The notes below the pieces were generated by a model that saw only the letters and a list, made by a program, of their open reading frames with translations, did not search any database and had not been told where the DNA came from. The position numbers and the translations under genes were made by a program. Source: Mobula hypostoma (Eukaryota). Taken from it: DNA of 64,000 nucleotides. The DNA is taken from NCBI RefSeq assembly GCF_963921235.1, contig NC_086114.1, forward strand, positions 27,900,001-27,964,000. The letters run 5' to 3'. Below are positions 1-11,985 of this stretch, one piece after another (the stretch's first letter is position 1; the number at the start of each line of letters is the position of its first letter).

Positions 1-1129
1 CAATACAAATTCCTGCAACACAGTGCATTTTTTATACAGCTGGTGAATTATATTTTTGAGTACAAGTTACTAAAATTTGAGGTTAACTAAATAGAATGTG
101 AAAATACCAACTTTAATCATGAAATGTGTTTCTTTAAGCACTTATGTGTATCACACAGAACTATTTGAAGCTAGATTCCCCCCTTTTTGAACCATTAATT
201 TGCATAGGGTTTATCAGCACCACTTCCCATCAAAATTTCTGCATCTTGAGATATTCCAGTGTCTACTCTACTTTCCTGACCCAATTCCCTTGATCTCATT
301 CTTATTTTGCCTGGTATCCCGTATGAGTTTTGTGCGGTTCTACAAAGTGGCACTGGTGCCACTAAAAACCCGAGGCACCAATTTACTGGGAGCAGAGGTG
401 TGAGAGATTTACCTCTTTAATTATGCCTTCTCAAATACACTGTGTGTAATATTTAATTACTTTTGATACTCTTTGTAATACTTTCCCTTTCAAGTTTGTT
501 CTTTGATGACCAGTTTGCTGTCATTCAACACTTTTTACAGTGATTTGATTATACTTTGCTCCCAGTTACATGACCATATATTTGCACCTTGATGGACTTA
601 CCAATCCTTATTACTTAGGTCTTCTGAAGTTCCTGAGTCTGAAAGGGATAGAAAGTTAGGCTTGGACTATAGTGATTTGGATGCAAGCAGGCAGTCAACC
701 ATGTTCACCTTTTTACCTCGAGATCAATATTGTGCTCATTCTGATGGCAGTGGCTGAGCGATGAATTGGATGATATCCATTTATTCAAAGAGTTCTGCAG
801 TTCTTGTACTCGAACAAACAGAAGGGACCTGTGTTTAATTTCCCATTTGAAGTGCAATTCAACACCCATCTAGAATGCACTAAAGTCTTAAATAATATTG
901 CAGGATCCAGGTGAGTGAAGGAACGTGCGGTGGTTCAAGCTACAGCTTTCTGATTCAGACAAGAATGTGATCATTTAGTTCTTTAGGGTCTAACTACATT
1001 TCTGATTAATACATAAAAATATTAATTATTTTAGTTTAGCCTGTAACCTCGATACTCTTACCTGCAACTCTATCCACATGAACTTTGAAGTTTCTTTGCA
1101 TTTACTGATAAACCAAAACTTACCTGAAA

Positions 1130-1347
1130 TTTAGATGTTTCAGGAGGGGCGAGGAAGGAGGTAAAAGAGGTGGGGAGTGTCATTGTTATTCAGGGATAGT
1201 ATCACAGCTGTAGAAAAGGAGAACCCCTTCTCTGAGCTCTTCATGATTTTTGTAAATGACTTGGGTGAAAAATTGTAAGCGTGGGTTAGTAAGTTTGCAA
1301 ATTACATGAAGATTAGTGGTGTTGTGGATAGTTTAGAAGGTTGTCAA
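1130..1347 (+). mobile_element. CR1 LINE fragment (left half of an interrupted copy)
   Basis: Endonuclease piece resembling the 5' part of ORF 26992..27549, followed by an RT piece (degenerate FMIFVNDL...VSKFA...GVVDS.EGC) that continues at ~4190. Confidence 0.7.
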
Positions 1348-1379
1348 AGTTCAAAATAAATTTATTATCAAACTACATA

Positions 1380-3504
1380 CAAAAGTATGCAAAAGGTATG
1401 CAAAAGTTTGGGCACCCTGGTCAAAATTTACATTACTGTCAATAGCTAAGCGAGTAAAAGATGACCTGATTTCCAAATGGCATAAAGTTAAAGATGACAC
1501 ATTTCTTTAATATTTTAAACAAGATTACTTTTTTATTTCCATCTTTTACAGTTTCAAAATAACAAAAAAGGAAAAGGGCCCAAAGCAAAAGTTTGGGCAC
1601 CTTGCATGGTCAGTACTTAGTAACACCCACTTTGACAAGTATCACAGCTTGTAAACGCTTTCTGTAGCCAGCTAAGGGTCTTTCAATTCTTGTTTGGGGG
1701 ATTTTTGCCCATCTTCCTGGCAAAAGGCTTCTAGTTCTGTGAGATACTTGGGCCATCTTGCATGCACTGCTCTTTTGAGGTCTATCCACAGATTTTCGAT
1801 AATGTTTAGGTCGGGGGACTGTGAGGGCCATGGTAAAACCTTCAGCTTGTGCCTCTTGAGGTAATCCATCGTGGATTTTGAGGTGTGTTTAGGATCATTA
1901 TCCTGTTGTAGAAGCCATCCACTTTTCATCTTCAACTTTTTCACATACAGAGTGATGTTTGCTTCCAGAATTTGCTGGTATTTAATTGAATTCATTCTTC
2001 CCTCGACCAGTGAAATGTTCCTCGTGCCACTGGCTGCAACACAAGCCCAGAGCATGATCGATCCACCCCCATGCTTAACAGTTAGAGAGGTGTTCATGAA
2101 ATTCTGCACCCTTTTTTCTCCAAACATACCTTTGCAGCCAAAAAGTTCTATTTTAACTTCATCGTTCCACAGGACTTGTTTCCAAAGTGCATCAGGCTTG
2201 TTTAGATGTTCCTTTGCAAACTTCTGACACTGAATTTTGTTGTGAAGATGCAGGAAAGGTTTTCTTCTGATGACTCTTCCATGAAGGTCATATTTGTGCA
2301 GGTGTTACTGCACAGTAGAACAGTGCACCACCACTCCAGAGTCTACTAAATCTTCCTGAAGGTTTTTGCAGTCTTACAAGGATCTTAATTTGCCTTTCTA
2401 GCAATCCTACGAGCAGTTCTCTCAGAAATTTTTCTTGGTCTTCCAGACCTCAACTTGACCTCCACCATTCTTGTTAACTGCCATTTCTTAATTACATTAC
2501 GAACTGAGGAAATGGTTACCTGAAAATACTTTGCTATCTTCTTATAGCCTTCTCCTGCTTTGTGGGCATCATTTATTTTAATTTTCAGAGTGCTCGGCAG
2601 CTGCTTAGAAGAGCCCATGGCTGCTGATTGTTGGGACAAGGTTTGAGGAGTCAAGGTATTTATAAAGCTTTGAAATTTGCATCACCTGGCCTTTCCCAAC
2701 AATGACTATGAACAAGCCATAGCCCTAACGATGCTGAGGATGTTCTACGAGTCTGTGGTGGTCAGTGCTATCATGTTTGCTGTTGTGTGCTGGGGCAGCA
2801 GACAACAACAGAATCAACAAACTCATTCGTAAGGCCAGTGATGTTGTGGGGATGGAACTGGACTCTCTGACGGTGGTGTCTGAAAAGAGGATGCTGTCCA
2901 AGTTGCATGCCATCTTGGACAATGTCTCCCATCTAATACATAATGTACTGGTTGGGCACAGGAGGACATTCAGCCAGAGACTCATTCCACTGAGATGCAA
3001 CACAGAGCGTCATAGGAAGTCATTCCTGCCTGTGGCCATCAAACTTTACAACTCCTCCCTTAGAGGGTCAGACACACTGAGCCAATAGGCTGGTCCTGGA
3101 CTTATTTCCTGCATAAATAATTTACATGTTACTATTTAACTATTTATGGTTTATTACTATTTATTATTTATGGTGCAACTGTAACAAAAACCAATTTCCC
3201 GCGGGATCAATAAAGTATGACTATGACTATGACTAACAAGCTAATTAAGGTCTGAGACCTTGGTAAAAGTTATCTGAGAGCTCAAATCTCTTGGGGTGCC
3301 CAAACTTTTGCATGGTGCTCCTTTCATTTTTTCACTCTAAAATTGTACAAAACGAAAATAATACACTAATCTTGCTTAAAATGTTGAAAAGAATGTTTCA
3401 CCTTTAACTTTATGACTTTTGGAGATTAGTTCATCTTCTACTCACTTAACTATTCACAGTAACAGAAATTTTGACCAGAGTACCCAAACTTTTGCATGCC
3501 ACTG
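1380..3504 (-). mobile_element. Tc1-family DNA transposon with long IR/DR terminal repeats and a decayed DD34E transposase
   Basis: ~210 bp imperfect TIRs, each carrying two gcaaaagtttggg(c/t)ac repeats. ORFs 2385..2654 (GEGYKKIAK...SGRPRKIS) and 1672..2127 (TVKHGGGSIMLW, QQDNDPKHT, WPSQSPDLNIIENLW). Confidence 0.95.
2730..3232 (+). mobile_element. 5'-truncated Rex1/Babar-like LINE inserted in the Tc1
   Basis: RT C-terminus ...RINKLIRKAS...RCNTERHRKSFLPVAIKLYN. AATAAA followed by a (TATGAC)3 tail. CTAAC duplicated at 2725-2729 and 3233-3237. Confidence 0.85.
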
Positions 3505-4185
3505 CATATGTCGTCATATAAAACCCTGAGATTCATTTTTTGTGGGCGTGCTCAATACATTCATAAAAGCATCAGTGCACCAACTTGGGCATTCAACCAA
3601 TGTGCAAAGATCTGTGCAAATGCAAAAAGAAAGAAATAATAATAATAAATAAATAAATAACAATAAATATCAAGAACAGGGGATGAAGAGTCCTTAAAAC
3701 TTAGTCCATAGGTTATGGGAACATTTCAGTGATGGGGCAAGTGAAGTTGAGTGAAGTTATTCCCTTTGGTTCAAGAGCCTGATGGTTGAGGAGTAATAAC
3801 TGTTCCTATACCTAGTGGGGTGAGTCCTGAGGCTCCTATACCTTCTTTCTGATAGCAGTAGCAAGAGCATGACCTGGGTGGTGGTGGTCCTAATGTTGGG
3901 TGCTGCCCTTCTGCAACAATGCTCCATGTCAATGGGGAGAACTTTACCCTTGATGGACTGGGCCATATCCACTACTTTTTATAGGATTTTCAGTTCAAGG
4001 ACATTAGTATTTTCATGCCAGGCTGTAATACAGCCAGTCAATATGCTCTCCACCACACATCCATAGAATTTTGTCGAAGTTTTAGATAGCTGAATCTTTG
4101 CAAACTCCGAAAGAAGTAAAAGCGCTGCTGTGCTTTCTTCATAATTGTACTTACGTACTGGGCCCATGACAACTTCTCTATAGAC
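3505..4185 (-). mobile_element. Rex1/Babar-like LINE 3' part (tail continues at ~1348-1380 across the Tc1)
   Basis: FYGCVVESILTGCITAW and RRYRSLRTHPTRYRNSYYSSTIRLLN. The 3'UTR resembles the tail at ~6030-6085. Confidence 0.8.
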
Positions 4186-4189
4186 CCTC

Positions 4190-5045
4190 CATTTTAGCTT
4201 CAGTAAGATATTGACAGGGTTTAGAGCTGGGCTAAGAAGTGGTAGATAAAGTTCAATCTTGAAAAGTGTGAAGTGATACATTCTGGAATGTTGAGCTTGA
4301 TGGCAGAATACAAAGTTAATAGCAGGATTCTTAGTAGTGTGGAGGAACAGAGGGATCTTGGGGTCTAAGTCCATTGATCCCTCAAAGTTGCCGCGCAAGT
4401 TGATAAGGTGGTTAAGAAGGTGTATGGTGTATTGGTCTTTGTTAGTCAAGGGATTTAGTTTAAGAGCTGTGGAGTTATGTTGCAGGTCTATAAAACTGGC
4501 TAGACCACACTTTGAGTATTGTGTCCAGCTCTGGTCATCTCATTATATGAATGATGTGGAGGTTTCTTTGGAAGAGGGTGCGGAGGAGATTTACCAGGAT
4601 GCCACTTGGATAATAGAACATGTCTTCTGAGGAAAGGTTAAGCAAACTGGGGCTTTTCTCTTTGAAAGGAAGGAGGATGACTGGAGACATGTTAGAAGTG
4701 TACAAGATTATAAGAGACATTGATAGTGTGGACGGCCAGTGCCTTTTTCCTGGGGTGGCAATGGCTAATACAAAAGGAAATACTTTTTAAGATGATTGGA
4801 GGAAAGCTTAGGGGAGATGTCAGAGATAAGATTTTTACAAGAGAGTGGTAAGTGCATGGACCACACAGCCGGGACGGTGGTAGATGAGGGATGTTAAGGA
4901 GACTCTTAAATAGGCATATGGATGAAGAGAAATGAAGGGCTATGTGGCAGGAAAGGCTTAAATTGACATTGAATTAGGTTAAAAGATTGACACATAAAGG
5001 GCTGGAGGGCCTGTACTGTTCTGTATTGTTCTAATTTCTGTTCTA
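4190..5045 (+). mobile_element. CR1 LINE 3' part (right half of the interrupted copy)
   Basis: LARPHFEYCVQLWS and CR1-like 3'UTR with a degenerate ttcta tail. Confidence 0.85.
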
Positions 5046-5719
5046 AAACACATAATGTGTGAATATTCTTTCACACACATAAGCTGTACCTAACTTAGTT
5101 GGTTATTGAACAGAGGTAGATGTTTGTTAATTATATAGACTGACATACAGCACATTTACTTGTACTATGTAACAGAAACATATCATTAGGGGTATACAGC
5201 AGATCAAGCAGTATCCATAGGGAGAGAAAATGCCAACTTTTCAGGTCAAGGATGATTGTGTGAAGTTTTCTAACAGTGGAAATTGAATAGTGTCACTAGA
5301 ACTACTTCTTTCACTTCTTTTACAGCTTCTTTTTCTTTCAAACCTGTTGGAGCCTGTGATCTACATTTTGGGGATGTGTTTTCGGGTTGATTGAGCAATC
5401 TGGTGTTTTGCTGTCTCCAAGGGGGTTTGATGAGGTTTCGAGCAAAATGTGCAGCCTTGAGGCCAAGAAGCCTGTAGATGAGGCAGGAAGGCCATGATCA
5501 AGTCTATTTCTCACCAATCTCGGCAATTAAAGTGTTGAAGAAGATGGAAATTCATCAAGGATGAGAGCTGAAGGTGGGTGGGTGTTTAACGCTGTGTACC
5601 TGCATGTGTCCAGTCTCTCTCTCCCTCTCACCTGCTGATCCTGGAGGAAAGTCCTTGCATTTGAATGACCTTTCTCTCTCTCCCTCTCGCTTGATGGTCA
5701 TGGGTCTTGGGTAAGGTTC

Positions 5720-6090
5720 AATCGACGCAGTTTGTGGATTGGGTTTTATAGTTATGATGTGTTTCTGCTTTCTGGTCGCTTTTTTTGTTGCTATTTTGTG
5801 TGATTTTGATGAGGGCGGATCTGCAGGCTGAAGTTAATGAACGACACAGCACTAGATTGAACTGAACTGATCTAAATTGAATATACCTGGACTCTTTCAA
5901 TGACTGTTTCCTATTCTGTGTTTTTCACTAGTTTTTTTTTGCCATTTGCGCGATTTGTTTTCTTTTGCGCGTTGGTGTTTGATATTTTTCTTTGAACATG
6001 TTTCATGGTTTTCTTTGTTTCATGGCTATCTGGGAAGACAAATCTCAGGGCTGTATACTGCATACATACTTTGATAATAAATGTACTGTA
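5720..6090 (+). mobile_element. LINE 3'UTR/tail fragment
   Basis: aatctcagggctgtata...tttgataataaa tail shared with the split element at 1348-1380/3505-3540. Confidence 0.5.
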
Positions 6091-6268
6091 CATTAACTAT
6101 TACCTGGTGCTGGTCAGTAATTTTCTTTCCTTGGTGGAACGGATCAGGTGTGTTAGTGTTCTGTACATTGGACTTCAACTGAGCATTTAAAGAATATAAA
6201 GTACAAAGATTCTTCAAAAGCCTTGCTGCACAGGCAGAGAACAAAATAGACTCTGGTTTTGTTGACAT

Positions 6269-6354
6269 TTTATTTCATTTAGAAAATTGTTGCTTGACAA
6301 TAAATAGAGGCATTCGTAAGCCATAAATGTATATCCACCATCTTTGACTTTATT
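6269..6354 (-). other. Candidate MYOZ1 polyadenylation signals
   Basis: AATAAA on the minus strand at 6349-6354 and 6269-6274, 255-340 nt past the stop. Confidence 0.4.
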
Positions 6355-6608
6355 TAAGTTTAGTTAAACCATATAGATTCCATCTGTCACAAGAACCCAA
6401 AAGTTGTTCTTGATCAGTATACGGTAAAATTACAAAATGCATTGAAATTGAATAGGGGTGAAATGACCAGCTTTTAAAGAATATGTATTTTATGCAGTGA
6501 TGATTATTAGCCAAGTGCCACTTTTAATCCAATGTTTTCCAAGTGCTCCTGTGCAAAGGCCAACTGAGTGCTGGAAACAGCTGGCTTCATGGCACTTGTC
6601 CAAGGGCT

Positions 6609-6840
6609 CTACAGATCATCAGTTTCAGCGTTAAACTCGAGATCTATTCCAAGGTTAATCAAATTATCTGTGCTTGTTGGAGTCCAGCCCAGAGGCGTCC
6701 TGTTGAAGTTGGGCCGAGTGCTGATGTCTTGGTGGAACACGAGCACCGGCTCAGGCTCTGGAAGAGTGGCTTCAAACTCTGGGAGCTGAAAAGTCATCAG
6801 TTTCACTGCCTTTTCAAACCCTCCATAGGGCATAGCAGTT
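6609..6840 (-). CDS. MYOZ1: MYOZ1 last coding exon
   Basis: (R)TAMPYGGFEKAVKLMTFQLPEF...RPNFNRTPLGW...NAETDDL*, ending in the myozenin E[ST][DE][DE]L PDZ-binding motif. Acceptor ctttgcag|. Confidence 0.95.
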
Positions 6841-7194
6841 CTGCAAAGTATTTTAAACATGTTTGAGTTTATTATATTCAACAATTCTTTAAATTTACTA
6901 CTGACCTTTCTTACACTCTTTTTGGAATTATAATACTATTCTGTTGACATTTGAAATATAAAACAAGTTAGCAATTCTCTTGCTGACTTTATCCAAGGAC
7001 TATCAGCAAAGAAACAATTAATGGTTAGAAATATTAAAGAGCAGAAGAGAGGTGGTAGGATGCTCATATGGAGCATAAAAAACTGAAATAACCTGCAGCT
7101 ATATTATACATTGAAGTTGCTATTAAAGCACAAAAAATTCAAAACCAGCAGTGGGAATTAACTATGTAAAGAGTCATGCGGTCCGCAACTTTTA

Positions 7195-10100
7195 AAATCT
7201 ATTTTTGGAATGTGGGGTATTGCTGACAAGATCAGCATTTAATGCTCTTGCCCTTGAGTCGCGTTGGTGAGCCACCTTGATCTGTTCTATTGTAAAAGTA
7301 CTCCCACTATTATTGGGTAAGGAACTGAAAGATTTAGCACCCAACAACAGTAAAATAATGGTAATATAGTTCCAAGTCAGGATACTCTGCAATTTGGAGG
7401 AAACATGTCGGTATTAATAGAAACATAGAAACATAGAAAATAGGTGCAGGAGTAGGCCATTCGGCCCTTCGAGCCTGCACCGCCATTTATTATGATCATG
7501 GCTGATCATCCAACTCAGAACCCAGCCTTCCCTCCATACTCCCTGACCCCTGTAGCCACAAGGGCCATATCTAACTTCCTTTTAAACATAGCTAATGAAC
7601 TGGCCTCAACAGTTTGCTGTGGCAGAGAATTCCACAGATTCACCACTCTCTGTGTGAAGAAGTTTTTCCTAACCTCGGTCCTAAAAGGCTTCCCCTCTAT
7701 CCTCAAACTGTGACCCCTCGTTCTAGACCTCCCCAACATCGGGAACAATCTTCCCGCATCTAGCCTGTCCAATCCCTTTAGGATCTTATACGTTTCAATC
7801 AGATCCCCCCTCAATCTTCTAAATTCCAACGAGTACAAGCCCAGTTCATCCAGTCTTTCTTCATATGAAAGACCTGCCATCCCAGGAATCAATCTGGTGA
7901 ACCTTCTTTGTACTCCCTCTATGGCAAAGATGTCTTTCCTCAGATTAGGGGACCAAAACTGCACGCAATACTCCAGGTGTGGTCTCACCAAGGCCTTGTA
8001 CAACTGCAGTAGTACCTCCCTGCTCCTGTACTCGAATCCTCTCGCTATTGTTCCTCTGTATCTGCTTCCCCTATTATTATTGCTGATGAGGTGCTGCACT
8101 AGCAAGTAGTGTTCAGAATAACGTAAGTGCTGTGAGTTTTGATTATTGTGCCAGTGATGGAGAGAAAGTATGAGATATAATTAATTATATGTTGGTCAAA
8201 CCAGCATTTTGCCTTGGATGTTATGGAGCTCATTAAGGTGACTAAGTAGCACTCATCCATGCATGTCATGAATATTCCATCATATACCTGACTTATGTTT
8301 TGCAAATGGTGGAAAGATCTTGGGAATCAGATTGTGATTCACTCCTGGGAGTATATCCAACCTGATACAGTTGATTGTGTTGAATTTTCTATAAATGGTG
8401 ACCATCTCCTCCTAGGGTATTGGTTCTGGGGGACAGTGATGGCAATGTCACTGGATATCAAGGGTAGGATTAAGTTGTCCCATTAAGCAGCACCAGCCTG
8501 AATTGTGTTCAGGTCTGGTCACATGCAGGTTTGGGTTGTTTCATTTCCAAAGAAGTTGCATATGAAGTTACACATTGCAAAATCTTCAACAGGCATTTCC
8601 ACTTTTGACTGTGATGGAAGGGAAGTCATTGATGATTGAATCAAGGTTCCTGTGAGGTCTGAAGCTAAACTAAGCATTATTAAACATACTGATCGCACAA
8701 AAGACTACGTATGCTGGAAACTGGAGCAATACACAAAACGCAGGAGAGCTCCGTATGGATTTGGCAGCACCTGTTGAGAGGAGAGGACAGTTGACATTCC
8801 TGTAGAAACCCATCAGTTTTGTTGGAGGCACAGCTATTTCTGGAACTTAAGACTTCTCAATTAAAAGCAACAAATCTAGTTCCATAGTTGAATCAGTCAG
8901 TGATTTCATGATATCATCTGAAATTACATAGTTTGGCTCAAGACTGACTTCTGTAATGTTGGAGACAGGATGGAGCTCAGGTGGACTTGCATGAAGATGA
9001 CCTAAGGTGCTTCAGACCTGTCCTCACATGTTGGTTTCAACATTACTGAAGATGGGATTTTTTGGAACTTCGTTCCCCTGTCAGCTGTTGATCAGTTTAT
9101 GGTTATTCACAAGTGCTATGTCAGGACTGCAACTCCACCACAGACGGTCCCAAGCCCAACTGTGAAAAGTTGTTTACAAGGCAACTTTACCATGCTTCTT
9201 TTACTGTTGGCATGCACGTCGTTAATGTAGCTTCGTTGTGTTGGTGCTTCATTTTTTGGTACACCTGGTGCAGCTCCTGGCCCACCCTTCTACTTTCTCC
9301 ACTGATCAGGGGGCTGAATTCCTGGTTTGATTGGTAGAGCAATCAGTGGAGTGAGGGGTCACAAGATTAACTTATACTGAAATACAGTTATGCTTTTGCT
9401 GATAATCCACTGTTTTGAACTAATAAATCAGTTCCAATCAACCCCATTCAGCGCAATAGAGGGGGTATGGGACTGTCTCCACAACGATTAAGTGATGCTC
9501 ACTCCTAATAATTTTGTCATGGACCAGTGCATCTCCAACCTAAAGATTGGTGAGAACAAAATCTATTGCACTTCCTTCATTTTGATTCACTCACCACCTC
9601 CTGCAAACTCAATCTGCCAGGTGTTTCAACTTCTGTAGATGCTCTCAAACATTCAGGTTCCTCATCAGGGCCCATTCTTTCACCTTGCTAGTATCATTTC
9701 CAATATTACTCTACATTGGAGAGCACAGATTCTTTAGCTGAAAGAGAACTGCAGGAAGTTCCTCTGTCTATAGTTGACCTGATAACACAGAGAGTTAATA
9801 TTAAGCCCTCCCCCCCCCAACAAGGCCATCCTTCCTGCCTATATATCATAGTACAATTATCTCTGTTGGCTCTGAACTGTGATACAGAATGTACCAGGGG
9901 CTGTGATGGAGGAGTCTTGAATATCTGCCAAAACAATTCTCTGAATATGACACCAGGCTCTTGCTTGACTAGAGTGGGACAACTCTTCCAATTTAGCTAA
10001 AGGTCCACAATTGATCATGGGAAAGATTTTGCAAAGTTAACTGGATTAAGAATGATTTGTCCATGTCCAACTCTCATTCTGTTTTAAAGTAGTTTTATTT

Positions 10101-10360
10101 AATACAACAAAATGGCTACTGGGCGATTTCAGTGGTCCATTATTGGTTTGTCACATTACTACAGATCCAGAGTCACACTGGCTGTAGTAGACAGCGTAGT
10201 AAATCTTCCTCCATGAAGGTTATCTGTGAATGACATGTCTTTCAGGATAGGGGTTTCATGGCTCCATTGTAGAGTCTAGTTTTTCCTTAAAATTCCAGAT
10301 TATTTAATTGAATTTAGCTTGCCCAACAGTTATGGTAGGATCTGAACCGATGCCTCTGTA
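7195..10360 (-). mobile_element. Old, highly decayed LINE (L2/CR1 group), interrupted by younger repeats
   Basis: ILTWNYI...SLPN 3' motif shared with 57381..57629. The remainder is degenerate and the extent is uncertain. Confidence 0.4.
7417..8048 (-). mobile_element. Young 5'-truncated CR1 LINE
   Basis: Uninterrupted ORF 7515..8105 (LYKALVRPHLEYCVQFWSP...FFTQRVVNLWNSLP) and a (TTTCTATG)n tail. Confidence 0.95.
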
Positions 10361-10374
10361 TTGGTAATCTAGAT

Positions 10375-10454
10375 CAGGGGTTCCCAACCTTTCTTATGCC
10401 ATGGACCGCTACCATTAACTGAGGGATCTGTGGGACCCAGGTTAGGATCCCCTG
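10375..10454. mobile_element. 80-bp hAT-type MITE
   Basis: Imperfect TIRs caggggttcccaacct ... aggttaggatcccctg. The TSD is only partly recognisable. Confidence 0.7.
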
Positions 10455-11159
10455 ATCCAGTCATTGCATCGCTCAACTAGTTACTTAACCCTATACCACC
10501 AAAACATTACATTATGGTGCCATTTTTTAAAGAAAAGGTATTTGATATTTATTTTATTCTCCAAGGAGACTGAAGTCCTTTAAGTAAGGCAGCTCTGCTG
10601 GAAGAATGTGGACAGATTTCAAAGCTAAGCCACCATATCCAATGACACAGCTATATCAAGACACAGGGCAACAGTCTAATTTAAGAATACTGATCGGGTC
10701 ACACAGATATTAGAGACTTTTGGCAGTATAGTGTTGAAACTCTTATCACCTTTTGCGCAGTTACATGCAAAATTGTCCCTTTGCCGCTTTATTATTTGAT
10801 ATTTATTGGAGGTTACAAGATCAGCACTAGTCATTCTGAGCTTACACACATTAATTATCTTCTAGTAAAATGGGTGGGCTGATTATTGGTCAGCATGCCT
10901 CTCTAACCAACCAGCTGTTGTAAAGAGTGCACTCTAGGCAGTTTGAAGACTAATAGGCAACAAGACTCATTGCATAATTATTTTCCGTACACAAAATGCC
11001 CACCCGGCCCATTCACCCCTACCTCCCACACCTTCAGTCTGTTGTTTCTCTTGCAACGACTTCTGCTAGCTATCTCCACATCCTTTAATCTGTACATTGC
11101 ATCTGAAGGCCACTCAGCCTCTCAGGCTTGTTCACCAATCAATGATATTCATTTATTTA

Positions 11160-11430
11160 GAGATACACTGCTGAACAGGCCCTTCTGGCCCAATGAGCCA
11201 CACTACCCAGCAACCCATCTATTAAACTCTAGCCTAATCGTAGGACAGTAACCAATTAACCTACTTACTGGTATGTCTTTGGACTGTGGAAGAAACCCGG
11301 AGCACCTAGAGGAAATCCATGCACTCACAGGAAAACGTACAAATGCCAGAATTGAACCCTGAGCTCTGGAACATACCCGCCCCCCCCCCCCAACCCCCGG
11401 AGCTGTAAGAGTGTTATGCTAACCGCTACC
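11160..11430 (-). mobile_element. V-SINE-like element
   Basis: Reverse complement of the core gtgggtttcc...gtgctccggtttc. Confidence 0.65.
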
Positions 11431-11756
11431 TGTCATTCTCATTTAATTAACGTTGCCCCGCCCCCCCCAAATCCTGACACCTTTGGTTAACAAATTTATC
11501 AGTCAGTTACAACTGATCTGGTATCAGCCAGCATTTTCATTTTTTTTTACCACTTTCTTTGTTGTATCCTACATATCCTGAGCATGCAGTGTAGAATATT
11601 CTGGTCTTTTAGGATATTTCTGACAGTTCCTAATTTCGTGTCAATTTTACTTAAGCGAAGTGTCCATGTGATGGAATAGTTACACATTCCACATCTAAAA
11701 TGAACTAAAATTTTAAAGAAACAAAAAACATTTTCAGTTGTATGTGTATAAAAACA

Positions 11757-11985
11757 AGTTTGTACGTTCTCCCCATGACCCTGTGGGTTTCCACCAGGTG
11801 CCTGGTTTCCTCCGTATTCCAGAGACTTGTAGGTTAGGGTTGTCAGCATGCTATGTTGGCATTGGAAGTATGGCAACATGGCGGTATTTGCGGGCTGCCC
11901 AGCACAGCCCTAGCTGATTTGTTTTGATGCAAACGATGCGGTTCAATGTTTTGAAGTACATGTGACAAATAAAGCTAAGCTAATC
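11757..11985 (+). mobile_element. V-SINE-like element (partial)
   Basis: gtttgtacgttctccccatgacc...gtgggtttcc...ggtttcctcc core. Confidence 0.65.

Noticed and set aside
1-1100. Possible exon of a neighbouring gene (USP54 is next to MYOZ1 in human)
   Set aside because: No recognisable coding sequence with compatible splice sites could be found.
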